Below, in pieces: positions 45,901-53,633 of a stretch of 64,000 nucleotides of DNA (position 1 is the stretch's first letter; every line of letters begins with the position of its first letter). The notes under the pieces are model-generated. The model saw only the letters and a list, made by a program, of their open reading frames with translations, was not told the origin of the DNA and did not search any database. The stretch lies in the NCBI GenBank assembly GCA_000092065.1, contig CP000597.1. The stretch is one strand, 5' to 3'. The position numbers and the translations under genes are program-made. The stretch comes from Ostreococcus lucimarinus. Taxonomy: Eukaryota.

Positions 45901-47045
45901 TGGACGTCACTGGAACAGGACACTTCACGGGCGCGACGACGATCGATGACCAACTCACCGTTGGCGGTAACGTATTGATCCAAAGTACAACCAATAAGAT
46001 TTCGTTTGGCAGCACAGCGCGTCAGTTTATTGAAACGAATAACGGTGGAATCGGAACGCAGTCAAAGACGCTGTATTTTCGTTCACAGGATTTTTTCGGC
46101 TTTTACAAAAATGGCGGTCACAACAGCGCCGATCTGAACCCAGGCGGAAGCGGGACTCTCCTTGTCGCCATTCGCGGTGACATCTCTGGTGCTCGAATGG
46201 CGATTGGATCTTCAGACACAGATAGTGGCTACGCTTTTAAGGTCACCGGGTCGGCGCAAGCGACCGCTGCGCTCGACGTAGGCACGACGCTTAATGTGGC
46301 GTCGTACGCGACAATTCGCGGCGACTTGCGCCTCAATACCGGTACTCAGCAAATAAATTTTGGTACCCAGCACCGTCAGGTTGCTGCGCTCGCGACTGGC
46401 GGCATCGGAACGCAGTCGAACACTGTATACTTTCGTTCACAGGACTTGTTTGGCTTTTATAAAGGTGGCGGCCATAGCTCTACCGCTCTTGATCCAGGCG
46501 GAAGCGGGACTCTCCTTGTCACCATTCGCGGTGACGTCTCTGGTCCTCGATTAGGAGTCGGAGTCACGAATCCCTCCTACGCTCTCGAAGTCAATGGAGC
46601 GGCGCACGTGTCTGGCGCACTGAGCAAGGGAAGTGGCTCTTTCAAGATCGATCATCCACTTCCTGAAATGAAAGACACGCATAATTTGTATCACTCCTTC
46701 ATCGAGGGACCACGGGCGGATCTCATCTACAGAGGCAAGGTTCGTTTGCAGAACGGTAGGGCGATGATAGACATCGATGCCGCATCAAACATGACGACAG
46801 GGACATTTGAAGCACTCAATCGCGACGTGCAGTCGTTCACGTCAAATGAAAGCGACTGGGACCCCGTCCGAGGTTCTGTCGTGGGCAACGTCCTCACCAT
46901 TGAGTGTCAAAACCCCACTTCGACGGCACTCATCAGCTGGCTTGTCATCGGTGAGCGTCACGATCAGCACATGTACGACACAGATTGGACCGATGAAAAC
47001 GGTCGTGTCGTTCCGGAACAATTGAAAAAGAGTGCGACGACGTGA
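36951..47045 (+). CDS. Giant (3364-aa) repetitive fibre-like protein with a PPC-type beta-sandwich domain, about 7 near-identical 0.86-1.1 kb tandem repeats, four VGIG-motif repeats of ~130 aa, and a conserved ~150-aa C-terminal domain. The 5' end is uncertain.
   Basis: PPC (pre-peptidase C-terminal)-like domain at ~37355-37630: YKYYKVNVACVEAAQPLTLELTTSNGDANLYVS...GYYYVSVYGALSSTYKLRAL. Repeat units start at 38733, 39663, 40527, 41601, 42606, 43506 and 44613, all in frame and rich in GVTGATTLASV/GVTGAATVGGTL sub-repeats. The region 45040-46560 has four repeats carrying G(N/K)VGIGTxxPxYxLDVxG and YFRSxxxFxFxxxG motifs. The C-terminal domain SFKIDHPLPEMKDTHNLYHSFIEGPRADLIYRGKVRLQNGRAMIDID resembles the conserved C-terminal domain of bacterial and phage tail-fibre-like proteins (recalled from memory). 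ATG at 36951, but the first ~100 aa are Arg/Asp-rich low complexity. Confidence 0.7.
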   Translation: MRLDDGDDARRRDARAVRARATRTPTRAATTRGDVVDAAAADDDIDDDAVARPDATRRRRRDDDATTTTRDDETTRAREGASGRRRARERGRATRRRRRLGTAAAAAATAALAATVERVGVDASTALTKGVARNGFVSSSGYKYYKVNVACVEAAQPLTLELTTSNGDANLYVSRSAQPTTSSYEQRSVNVGNALDSVTITSPVNGYYYVSVYGALSSTYKLRALTTMFTGKHPCTGFRITDSDVSSVGSGSGNQFILQEALTASAAAGFTADVSVDGDVILGDAYTDSVTAKGELKLGVTDSTYYAITRQSPSAPSSNPGGALSIVGANATYQGGSVKILGGTGGSGAGGDVVIEAGSASGGNGGDLKLRGGTSNSGTGGDVVIDAGDSTTQASSYEGIIHIGPTSASFVRVGESSNKQVQTDIFGDLTVHGNLLTTNDVVYANSYTSYVQVSTSQDGMFHQEVRAPKITGLDAEDITGTPTSTLTLDAGMRGSQQHVVIAPSEATAVYIGSSTSTIPVSIRQGANAGDVRVHADGSGALSVTSAAGQDLTLASGDDVVVTTAASKTLALKQDSTSILSWDAAGAVTVNSVSGQDLTLSTGGSAAVTVDSTGQVGIGTTTPGKTLDVTGTARVSGATTLSSTLDVTGATTLASVGVTGAATVGGTLGVTGATTLASVGVTGAATVGGTLGVTGATTLASVGVTGAATVGTTLGVTGATTLTGDVTMSNDLTVSGALTVTSDAAVSLTSASGSDVSLTSAGTGGIVLTSTDDITLDAADDVTIDAAGALSLEQGGTSILSWTDTGAVTLNSLGGQTLSVSSLSSAGNAGAVSVSGGTTTGTSSNTGGDLTLQSGGAPAGSVNGDVLVDSATGLGTAGSITLRQGVGGERVSVDANGAVSLDTHSGQDLTLSTGGSAAVTVDSTGQVGIGTTTPGKTLDVTGTARVSGATTLSSTLGVTGATTLASVGVTGAATVGGTLGVTGATTLASVGVTGAATVGTTLGVTGATTLTGDVTMSNDLTVSGALTVTSDAAVSLTSASGSDVSLTSAGTGGIVLTSTDDITLDAADDVTIDAAGALSLEQGGTSILSWTDTGAVTLNSLGGQTLSVSSLSSAGNAGAVSVSGGTTTGTSSNTGGDLTLQSGGAPAGSVNGDVLVDSATGLGTAGSITLRQGVGGERVSVDANGAVSLDTHSGQDLTLSTGGSAAVTVDSTGQVGIGTTTPGKTLDVTGTARVSGATTLSSTLGVTGATTLASVGVTGAATVGGTLGVTGATTLGGTLGVTGATTLASVGVTGAATVGTTLGVTGATTLGGTLGVTGATTLASVGVTGAATVGTTLGVTGATTLASVGVTGAATVGGTLGVTGATTLTGDVTMSNDLTVSGALTVTSDAAVSLTSASGSDVSLTSAGTGGIVLTSTDDITLDAADDVTIDAAGALSLEQGGTSILSWTDTGAVTLNSLGGQTLSVSSLSSAGNAGAVSVSGGTTTGTSSNTGGDLTLQSGGAPAGSVNGDVLVDSATGLGTAGSITLRQGVGGERVSVDANGAVSLDTHSGQDLTLSTGGSAAVTVDSTGQVGIGTTTPGKTLDVTGTARVSGATTLSSTLGVTGATTLASVGVTGAATVGGTLGVTGATTLGGTLGVTGATTLASVGVTGAATVGGTLGVTGATTLGTTLGVTGATTLASVGVTGAATVGTTLGVTGATTLTGDVTMSNDLTVSGALTVTSDAAVSLTSASGSDVSLTSAGTGGIVLTSTDDITLDAADDVTIDAAGALSLEQGGTSILSWTDTGAVTLNSLGGQTLSVSSLSSAGNAGAVSVSGGTTTGTSSNTGGDLTLQSGGAPAGSVNGDVLVDSATGLGTAGSITLRQGVGGERVSVDANGAVSLDTHSGQDLTLSTGGSAAVTVDSTGQVGIGTTTPGKTLDVTGTARVSGATTLSSTLGVTGATTLGGTLGVTGATTLASVGVTGAATVGTTLGVTGATTLASVGVTGAATVGTTLGVTGATTLTGDVTMSNDLTVSGALTVTSDAAVSLTSASGSDVSLTSAGTGGIVLTSTDDITLDAADDVTIDAAGALSLEQGGTSILSWTDTGAVTLNSLGGQTLSVSSLSSAGNAGAVSVSGGTTTGTSSNTGGDLTLQSGGAPAGSVNGDVLVDSATGLGTAGSITLRQGVGGERVSVDANGAVSLDTHSGQDLTLSTGGSAAVTVDSTGQVGIGTTTPGKTLDVTGTARVSGATTLSSTLGVTGATTLASVGVTGAATVGGTLGVTGATTLASVGVTGAATVGTTLGVTGATTLASVGVTGAATVGTTLGVTGATTLGGTLGVTGATTLASVGVTGAATVGTTLGVTGATTLASVGVTGAATVGGTLGVTGATTLTGDVTMSNDLTVSGALTVTSDAAVSLTSASGSDVSLTSAGTGGIVLTSTDDITLDAADDVTIDAAGALSLEQGGTSILSWTDTGAVTLNSLGGQTLSVSSLSSAGNAGAVSVSGGTTTGTSSNTGGDLTLQSGGAPAGSVNGDVLVDSATGLGTAGSITLRQGVGGERVSVDANGAVSLDTHSGQDLTLSTGGSAAVTVDSTGQVGIGTTTPGKTLDVTGTARVSGATTLSSTLDVTGVTTLASVGVTGAATVGTTLGVTGATTLASVGVTGAATVGGTLGVTGATTLGTTLGVTGATTLASVGVTGAATVGTTLGVTGATTLTGDVSVGTSSALSFGSATRQMINLYGTNNAIGVQSSTMYFRSAYNFAFFEGGVYTNTELDPGSGGTLRMMIQKTTGNVGIGTASPDYELDVVGDINFSGNLYQGGSLFASPWTESSGNVYRSSGNVGIGLTNPTYNLHVAGTGRVSTTLSVGQDLTIDTAGDLNFAATHRQMINLRVGAEGFGIGTQMDTTYFRSPGHFAFYEDGTHSTTDLDANGGTARLVIRSGGKVGIGRTNPSYDLDVVGDINFSGNLYQGGSLFPSPSPWTESGSNVYRSSGNVGIGLTNPSYKLDVTGTGHFTGATTIDDQLTVGGNVLIQSTTNKISFGSTARQFIETNNGGIGTQSKTLYFRSQDFFGFYKNGGHNSADLNPGGSGTLLVAIRGDISGARMAIGSSDTDSGYAFKVTGSAQATAALDVGTTLNVASYATIRGDLRLNTGTQQINFGTQHRQVAALATGGIGTQSNTVYFRSQDLFGFYKGGGHSSTALDPGGSGTLLVTIRGDVSGPRLGVGVTNPSYALEVNGAAHVSGALSKGSGSFKIDHPLPEMKDTHNLYHSFIEGPRADLIYRGKVRLQNGRAMIDIDAASNMTTGTFEALNRDVQSFTSNESDWDPVRGSVVGNVLTIECQNPTSTALISWLVIGERHDQHMYDTDWTDENGRVVPEQLKKSATT
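38733..45035. repeat. Coding macrosatellite: about 7 tandem copies of a 864-1107-bp unit, each built from 33/36-bp sub-repeats. Copies are near-identical at the DNA level.
   Basis: Stretches of several hundred bp are letter-identical between copies, for example 39121-39660 versus 39961-40500. Unit lengths differ by multiples of the ~69-bp sub-repeat pair. Confidence 0.9.
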
Positions 47046-47163
47046 ACGCGCGTCAGTGTAACACTGACAAACGAGTCGCCGAAACACGCACCTTGAAAAC
47101 GCACGCACGATCAACGGCAAAACGTTACGGCTGTGTGGCGCATTGAGTCTTAATATTGTAAAT

Positions 47164-50100
47164 CTATAGTCTAAAAGATAGCTTTGCGAACTCTCCGTCG
47201 GACACCGCGTCGCTCGTCTGCCCCCCCGTCGCGCCGTCATCGCTCGTTTCGCTTCCGAGCAACGAAGACGCCTTTCGCCGGCGCTCAGGCGAATCGTCCG
47301 CGTCCCGAAAATCGTAGAGATAATCGCTATGCCTTGCATAATGCACCCGCGTCGCTTCTTCTCCTGAGGCATTAAATCTATACGACTCGGGAGAAAATGA
47401 TGACTGAGCGAATCTGTCCTCATCTGACGCGCTCTCTTCGGCGTCGTACGATTCACCCATGGAATACGCCAGTTCGCTCGGTTCACGTTCACTCAGTCCA
47501 TCATTCGGTGTATTCAGCCCTGGTTGGCGTCCACTAGATGGGTCTTTCATCTCAAACGCGTAATGATCGTCATCCGAGTCAGCATCCGTGGAAGATGCGT
47601 AAGCACGCCGCGACTCAAACCTGTTCTCACCAAAAAATGCGGCGCCGCGTAGAGGTTCCGGTGGTTCCAGTTCTAGTTCGGGTTCCGGTTCCGGTCGCAC
47701 TTCCCGTTCTGCTGTCACATCCGTCTCTGGTGCGAGATCTAAGATGGACTGGTTCCGTCCGGGCACGACGTTACCCTGCTCTCCATTCGTCTCGAATGCG
47801 GCGAGCGTCGCGACGTGATCGCGAGCGACACTCCCGCCTCGGTGACCCTTTACGACGGCACGTTCTTCCTGAGCGCTGTGGGTGAATCTCTCAATCACGC
47901 TACGCGCTTTGGTTGATGCGTCAAATAACGCGCCACCAGGTTCGCGCGACCGCACGACTTTCTTTTTAATTCTGATTGCGAGTCGTCGAAGCTGAATCGT
48001 GTGCTTGATAATTTCCACCACCTCCTCGGTGTCGTACAGTCCCTCGTCGTCCGCTGATACTGAGAATCTTTCGAGAATGATCGCCACAAATAAATTTCCG
48101 AGCAAAAATATAGAGATGATGACAAATGATATAAAGTATGGGACCGCAGCAGCGTTATACGAGCAGTCGATGCTGGATTCCAACATGAACGGTGCTTCTG
48201 TGCGTAAGCACGCCTCTGTTTGGTACACCTCGCCGAACGTGCCAACCCAGCCACCCGTGTACACCCCGATGAGAGATGAGCAAGCTGTGGTGAATCGTTG
48301 AAAGTTCGAGTACTTCGATAGCACGCCGCCTTCGAAAGGGCCGGTTTCATCGCCGAAAAGTGAAACACCCATGATGGCGTACGAAAAGATCGCGAGGGAC
48401 GATAGCGCGGCGACGTTTCCGACACCCGGAAGACTCATTATGAACGTGTTGAAGAGCGACCGCAGCCCAGAATGTGCCTTTACCAGTTTCAGTAATCTCA
48501 ACAATCTCACCAATTGTAGGTAATTCATGACACCGCCTGCGTTTAGACTTTGTCCGATCGCCTGTACGATGGAAACTACGACGACGAAGGCGTCCAGCCA
48601 ATTCCAATAATTCCTAAAGTAACGCGTCCGACCTTGCGCCATGAGCAAAAGCATCATTTCCAAAGAGTACACCGCAGTGAACGCGATAGACATGCAGAAG
48701 TGAGCATATTCTGCTGAACTGCTCATATTCGCCGTTTGTGTCAAGAGCTCGATTAAATTTGCGCACACTACCACGAGGATGAAGTACGCAAACTTTTTCG
48801 GCTTTGAGATATGATGCGCAAGTAGACGAGCTCGCGACCAAAGGCTTTTGCCTGGCGGCGGTACGATTCTGCGCCATGCCTCTGAATCTTGCGTGCTTGC
48901 ACGTAGTATAGCCTGCTGCCAGCGCCGCTGCGCTGGGGTGACAAACGTAAGCTTGTCTTGCGAAGCCATCTTGTTAAAGTTGTCCACGAGCGCCGTGACT
49001 AATAAATTCAACCAAAAGAAATTCCCGATGGCGACCGTCAATACAAAATAAAGAGCGGCGGCTTGGTTGTTATCTGTTTTCAAGCCGGTCCCGACGCCTG
49101 TGGTATCCATGGCGACCCACATGATTTCTTGCCAGTCATCGCCGGCGTGCAGTAGAAACGTCGATAAAAGTGCAGCGCCAAAGTTATCAAAGTTGAACTT
49201 TGCATTTCGCCACTTTCCTCCCGCTGCCTCGCACGTTGCTTGTGTAGTGTAGCTACTCGCATCATTCACCACTCGACACGACCAAAACTTACCCATAAAG
49301 AGCTCCATACCAAGAAGTGCGAAAATTGACATGGAAACTAAACCGATGAAGCACACGTAACTTACGGCTGGGATCGCGGAAAGTACAGTGTTAACGACAA
49401 GGCGGAGACCAGGGAAACGACGAATGGATCGAAGCGGGCGCATGATTCGCAAAAGTCGAAGTGCTCGCACGCTTCCGCTGCCATCGTCTGCCGCGGTGAG
49501 CGAAATGATTGATGTAAAGACGACGACGCCATCGAGAATGTTGAAGGAATTCTTCAGATACGCAGTCGGTCGCTCGTACAACCCGTAGGCGAATAACTTT
49601 AATACCATCTCTGCGCCAAATAAAGTCGTAAAAGTAATATCAACCGCGGTGTACACTTTTGCAGTATGAGATCCCGCCACTGGCCAAGTCTTTGTTTCTG
49701 TCGCGAGTAACACGCTACCAGCGATGATCATGCATAGAATGGCGTTCTCAAAGAGGTTGTGTGAAACAATTTTGTGCACCAAGTATTTGTATCTCTCGAC
49801 GGGAATCGTATCGTCGTACAGCGGTATAAAGTCGCCATCTTTTGTGACGATCACGCCCGGTATCTCTGACGACTGTTTCTTCACGCGTGAGGAGATGGAT
49901 CTCGTGATTGTCGCCGCCCAAGGACCGTGCGCGTCAAAGACGACATGCTCGTCTTCCTTACTCTTATCCTCGATGCTTAAACGATTGTTTTGCGCCGCAA
50001 ATCTTTTCGTCATACTGTGCCTAATAGAACTTTTGATAGAGCTAGTCACCCCGAACGCTTTGTCTTGATAGTCTTGATACTCCACAAACTTTGGCGTCAG

Positions 50101-52740
50101 GCGAAGTTGAGCCTCCTTAAGAGCGTGCTCGCTTATGGTCAGTACTTGCGCCGGTGTCTTCAACTTGAATCCGATCGAATCTAGAAATATCCTGCACGCA
50201 GCAACATCTTCGACTGTTTGCTTTCTCAAGCGGTCCTTCTTGACCTGCGCGAGCTTGCCACCGTGATCCGGAGGCTTTAATGCTGCGAGTACGGATGAAA
50301 TCGCCGTAGGCGTACTGCCATCGGCCGTCTTTAAACTCTTTTTCGCTTGCGATTGTATTGCTTGTTCGGCACATTCTTGTTTCCTGGCCGCATCCAAAAG
50401 ATTAAACTTGAAGCTCGTATCACCTCTGTCTTTTATCGAGTCGCCGCGCTTGCTGCGCGCATGTTTTCGCAACGTACTCCTGAATGCGTTCGCCGCGAAT
50501 GTCATGTTTTGCAGTACCCGTTTCGCTTTCCGATTCGGATCTAGCACGATATCACCCGCACGTTCGATGGCAGACCTCAGTCTGCCATCTTCAAGCTCGT
50601 CTTGCGCGCGTTGCTCTTCCTCGATGTCGACGAGCGAACACGAGTCGATTAAAATCCCGAGCACGAGCGACAAGATGACGGTGGATAAAAAAATCCACGC
50701 GATGGTGTACAGAACGACGACGTCGTTACCGGACGCTACCATAGTATTCCACGCGACAACAAACGAGTCCTCTCCCGTGGCGACAACAAACAGCGTCAAC
50801 GCGCTGCGCAAAAAGTTCCTAAACGTCAAGCGCTCGTCGTCGAGCGCTCCTAACCCGGTGAAGAGTTGAAATCCGTAAATGGCAAATATGACTTGAAATA
50901 ATAGCCAAACGATCAAAAACGGCCACATGTCTTGGAAACCGAGATACGCGCTTGAAATGATCTTCCTAAATTCTCTGTTGTTTCTGATGACGCGAAACGT
51001 TCGCAGCGCCCTTCCTATTCGCAAGAGACGAATGAATGACGCGCTCACGCCTTGACTCGTCACCGCCGTACTGATGACACCGGTAAACACGATCAACCCA
51101 TCGACAACGTTTTGCTTTGAGCTCCAGTATCCTCTAAAGCCGTATCCGATGTGTTTAATCGCCATTTCTACAGCAAAACATCCGAGGAAAACATATTCTA
51201 AAATTTCAGAAGCCTTGACGAATCCCGACGACGCCGCGTGATGCTGCGACATCATCAAAATTGTATTAAATATAATAACCACCGTGATGCTGGCATCAAA
51301 ACGTCGGTCTTCAGCGATTTTCCAGCACATTTGACGCGTTGCATCAGACACAAAGAGACGAAAAAAACGCTCACCATTCTTGTGAAAGTTGTTTCCGCGT
51401 CCATCGCTTTCGCCGCGACTGAGCGCCGTCTCGTCGTCCAAGCTTTCTAGTACTTTCTCTGTCTTCGCCTGGCTCGAGTCTTCGGGCGCTTCGTCTTCGT
51501 CGCGAATACCCATTTGCGTCAACGTCGCGCAAATGACGGATGTAAAGAGTTCCATCATAAAAAACCCACCCATCAGAACGACGACGATGAACCAAAGAAA
51601 CGCCGCGGGATAGCCAACCGCGTACGCCGTGGGATTGAGCAACTCATTCCAACCGTCGATGGTCATTCCATTTAACGCGACAATTGAACTTCTCCCAGCG
51701 TTCGCAAAGCTCAGAAATCCGTCATACGGCTCGATGCCCGAATCACAGCACCACTCCGTCGCGCTTCTGTTTGTGTTCCATTCCTTGTAGTTGCACGTGC
51801 TGTCGTACTCATTTGGGTACGTTCCTTCGGCGCCCAACGCGAGAGCGCCCATCCACGCGCCGACCAAGTTCGCACACGTCTCACTCCCCGTCCCCACGGG
51901 AAACACGTAGCTCGCGTTCGTCGCTTGATCCGGCGGCGTCCCGTACCACCGTCCCGTCATCCGACCGCCGAACATCGTCACGCCGCTCACCGCGAAGAAT
52001 ATTAAAAACCACAGCAAAAACAACAGCACGTCCCCCAACAACGGCAGCGCTCGAGCGATCGTTTTCATCGCCAACCTCGCGCTGCGGTACTTCGCGAACA
52101 ACTTGAACGCGTACAACGACCGCAACAGTCGCACCGTCACCACCTGCGAGCCTCCGATCGGCATCAACATCAACGACAGCACGACGAGCGTGAAATCGAA
52201 CCGATGCCAATTCGTCGTCAAGTACGCCCCCTCGCCCAGCGCGAATCCCAGCGCCACGCTCTTCACCAGCGCCTCCGCCGCGAACACCCCCGCGACGACG
52301 TAATTCGCCGCCGTCGCCGCCGTCGCCTCCGCCGCGCCATCCCTCGCCGGTTTCACCACCGCGACGATCGCGCTCGAGCCCACGACGCACATCGCGACGA
52401 CGGCGTGAAACGCGCGCGCCTCGATCGCGCGCGCGCAGAACCGTCGCGTCGCGCCGTCGCGCCGGAACATCAACAGCGACGCGTCGTTCGCGCGCCATCG
52501 CTCGAGCGTCCTCGCGACGCGTCGCGTCACCGCGCCTCCCGCGTCGTCGTCGCCGTCGCGCGCGTCGTCGTCGTCGTCGTCGCGCGCGCGCGCGCCGTCG
52601 CGCGCGTCGCGCGCGTCGCCGTCGTCGTCGTCGTCGTCGCTCGTCGAGCTCGCGCGCGCGCTGTCGTCCACCTTCCGCGCGCGCGCCTCGCGCGCGTCGC
52701 GCGCGCGCGACACGAACGCGTCCGTGAACTGAAAGTTCAT
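47164..52740 (-). CDS. Four-domain voltage-gated cation channel (Cav/Nav superfamily), 1858 aa.
   Basis: Four homologous 6-TM domains, each with an S4 segment of Arg/Lys at every third position (e.g. VRALRLLRIMRPLRSIRRF, LRTFRVIRNNREFRKII) and four pore loops (TIDGWNE, ATGEDSF, HAGDDWQE, YTGGWVG). Uninterrupted ORF with an ATG at 52738-52740. The N-terminal poly-Asp is encoded by (GTC)n. Confidence 0.9.
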   Translation of the reverse strand: MNFQFTDAFVSRARDAREARARKVDDSARASSTSDDDDDDGDARDARDGARARDDDDDDARDGDDDAGGAVTRRVARTLERWRANDASLLMFRRDGATRRFCARAIEARAFHAVVAMCVVGSSAIVAVVKPARDGAAEATAATAANYVVAGVFAAEALVKSVALGFALGEGAYLTTNWHRFDFTLVVLSLMLMPIGGSQVVTVRLLRSLYAFKLFAKYRSARLAMKTIARALPLLGDVLLFLLWFLIFFAVSGVTMFGGRMTGRWYGTPPDQATNASYVFPVGTGSETCANLVGAWMGALALGAEGTYPNEYDSTCNYKEWNTNRSATEWCCDSGIEPYDGFLSFANAGRSSIVALNGMTIDGWNELLNPTAYAVGYPAAFLWFIVVVLMGGFFMMELFTSVICATLTQMGIRDEDEAPEDSSQAKTEKVLESLDDETALSRGESDGRGNNFHKNGERFFRLFVSDATRQMCWKIAEDRRFDASITVVIIFNTILMMSQHHAASSGFVKASEILEYVFLGCFAVEMAIKHIGYGFRGYWSSKQNVVDGLIVFTGVISTAVTSQGVSASFIRLLRIGRALRTFRVIRNNREFRKIISSAYLGFQDMWPFLIVWLLFQVIFAIYGFQLFTGLGALDDERLTFRNFLRSALTLFVVATGEDSFVVAWNTMVASGNDVVVLYTIAWIFLSTVILSLVLGILIDSCSLVDIEEEQRAQDELEDGRLRSAIERAGDIVLDPNRKAKRVLQNMTFAANAFRSTLRKHARSKRGDSIKDRGDTSFKFNLLDAARKQECAEQAIQSQAKKSLKTADGSTPTAISSVLAALKPPDHGGKLAQVKKDRLRKQTVEDVAACRIFLDSIGFKLKTPAQVLTISEHALKEAQLRLTPKFVEYQDYQDKAFGVTSSIKSSIRHSMTKRFAAQNNRLSIEDKSKEDEHVVFDAHGPWAATITRSISSRVKKQSSEIPGVIVTKDGDFIPLYDDTIPVERYKYLVHKIVSHNLFENAILCMIIAGSVLLATETKTWPVAGSHTAKVYTAVDITFTTLFGAEMVLKLFAYGLYERPTAYLKNSFNILDGVVVFTSIISLTAADDGSGSVRALRLLRIMRPLRSIRRFPGLRLVVNTVLSAIPAVSYVCFIGLVSMSIFALLGMELFMGKFWSCRVVNDASSYTTQATCEAAGGKWRNAKFNFDNFGAALLSTFLLHAGDDWQEIMWVAMDTTGVGTGLKTDNNQAAALYFVLTVAIGNFFWLNLLVTALVDNFNKMASQDKLTFVTPAQRRWQQAILRASTQDSEAWRRIVPPPGKSLWSRARLLAHHISKPKKFAYFILVVVCANLIELLTQTANMSSSAEYAHFCMSIAFTAVYSLEMMLLLMAQGRTRYFRNYWNWLDAFVVVVSIVQAIGQSLNAGGVMNYLQLVRLLRLLKLVKAHSGLRSLFNTFIMSLPGVGNVAALSSLAIFSYAIMGVSLFGDETGPFEGGVLSKYSNFQRFTTACSSLIGVYTGGWVGTFGEVYQTEACLRTEAPFMLESSIDCSYNAAAVPYFISFVIISIFLLGNLFVAIILERFSVSADDEGLYDTEEVVEIIKHTIQLRRLAIRIKKKVVRSREPGGALFDASTKARSVIERFTHSAQEERAVVKGHRGGSVARDHVATLAAFETNGEQGNVVPGRNQSILDLAPETDVTAEREVRPEPEPELELEPPEPLRGAAFFGENRFESRRAYASSTDADSDDDHYAFEMKDPSSGRQPGLNTPNDGLSEREPSELAYSMGESYDAEESASDEDRFAQSSFSPESYRFNASGEEATRVHYARHSDYLYDFRDADDSPERRRKASSLLGSETSDDGATGGQTSDAVSDGEFAKLSFRL

Positions 52741-52976
52741 CGAATCCCGGCGCGTCGCGCGCCGCGCGTCGCGCGCGCGCGCCGCTGTGCCGACGAATCG
52801 AATCGAAACCGCATTCGCATTCGCGAATCGCGCGCGTCAGAGCGCCGCGCGACACGCCGCTCGACGCGACGCGCCGCGTCGCGACGCGCGACGCCGCGCT
52901 CGACGCGCGCGCGCGCGCGCGACGCGCTGAAAACGACGCGACGCGCTGAAAACGGCGCGTTCGATCGCGCGCGGGC
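52741..52976. promoter_or_regulatory. 236-bp bidirectional promoter region shared by the channel gene (minus) and the calmodulin gene (plus). It contains a 15-bp direct repeat gacgcgctgaaaacg x2 (52921-52935, 52940-52954).
   Basis: Divergent ATGs at 52740 and 52977. The repeat is read directly and sits 22 bp upstream of the calmodulin ATG. The regulatory function is inferred only. Confidence 0.4.
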
Positions 52977-53468
52977 ATGTCGCGGAAACACCTCACGGAC
53001 GAGGAGCTCGCGAGCGCGTGGCCGTACCTCACGCGCGCGCAGGTGCAGGAGTTCAAGGAGGCGTTCGATATATTCGACGTCGACGGCGGCGGGACGATCA
53101 CGGCGGAGGAGCTCGGGGAGGTGATGAAGTCGCTCGGGCAGAAACCGACGAGGGCGCAGCTGGAGGCGATGGTGCGGGAGATCGACGCGGACGGGGACGG
53201 GGCGATCGATTTTCCAGAGTTTTTGACGATGATGCTGCGGAAGATGAACGAGGGTGATCCGGAGAGGGAGCTCAGGGACGTGTTCACGGTGTTCGATAAG
53301 GATCAGAGCGGGACGATTAGCGCGGATGAGCTGAAGAGCGTGATGAAGGTCATCGGGGAGAAACTGACGGAGCAAGAGATCGAGGACGCGATTCGGTTGG
53401 CGGATACCACGGGAGACGGAGAGGTTGATTACGATGAGTTCATCGCGTTCGTGCTGTCGTCGAATTAA
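52977..53468 (+). CDS. Calmodulin / calmodulin-like protein (4 EF-hands, 163 aa).
   Basis: Near-canonical calmodulin sequence: [65 protein letters not shown]...[54 protein letters not shown]. Four DxDxDG loops. Intronless, with an ATG at 52977. Confidence 0.9.
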   Translation: MSRKHLTDEELASAWPYLTRAQVQEFKEAFDIFDVDGGGTITAEELGEVMKSLGQKPTRAQLEAMVREIDADGDGAIDFPEFLTMMLRKMNEGDPERELRDVFTVFDKDQSGTISADELKSVMKVIGEKLTEQEIEDAIRLADTTGDGEVDYDEFIAFVLSSN

Positions 53469-53633
53469 GATGAAGCGGCGGTGGCGAGCGCGGGGAAAGC
53501 GTTGAGCTAACGACGAACGCGGAGACGCGTTCGTCGGTGTAATGGTATTCTATTGTCTTGAGCTACTCGCGCGCGCGCCCGCGCGCGCTTCTAAATCGCT
53601 AACGACGCGTTCGCGCCTCGCTTCGTCGTCGCG

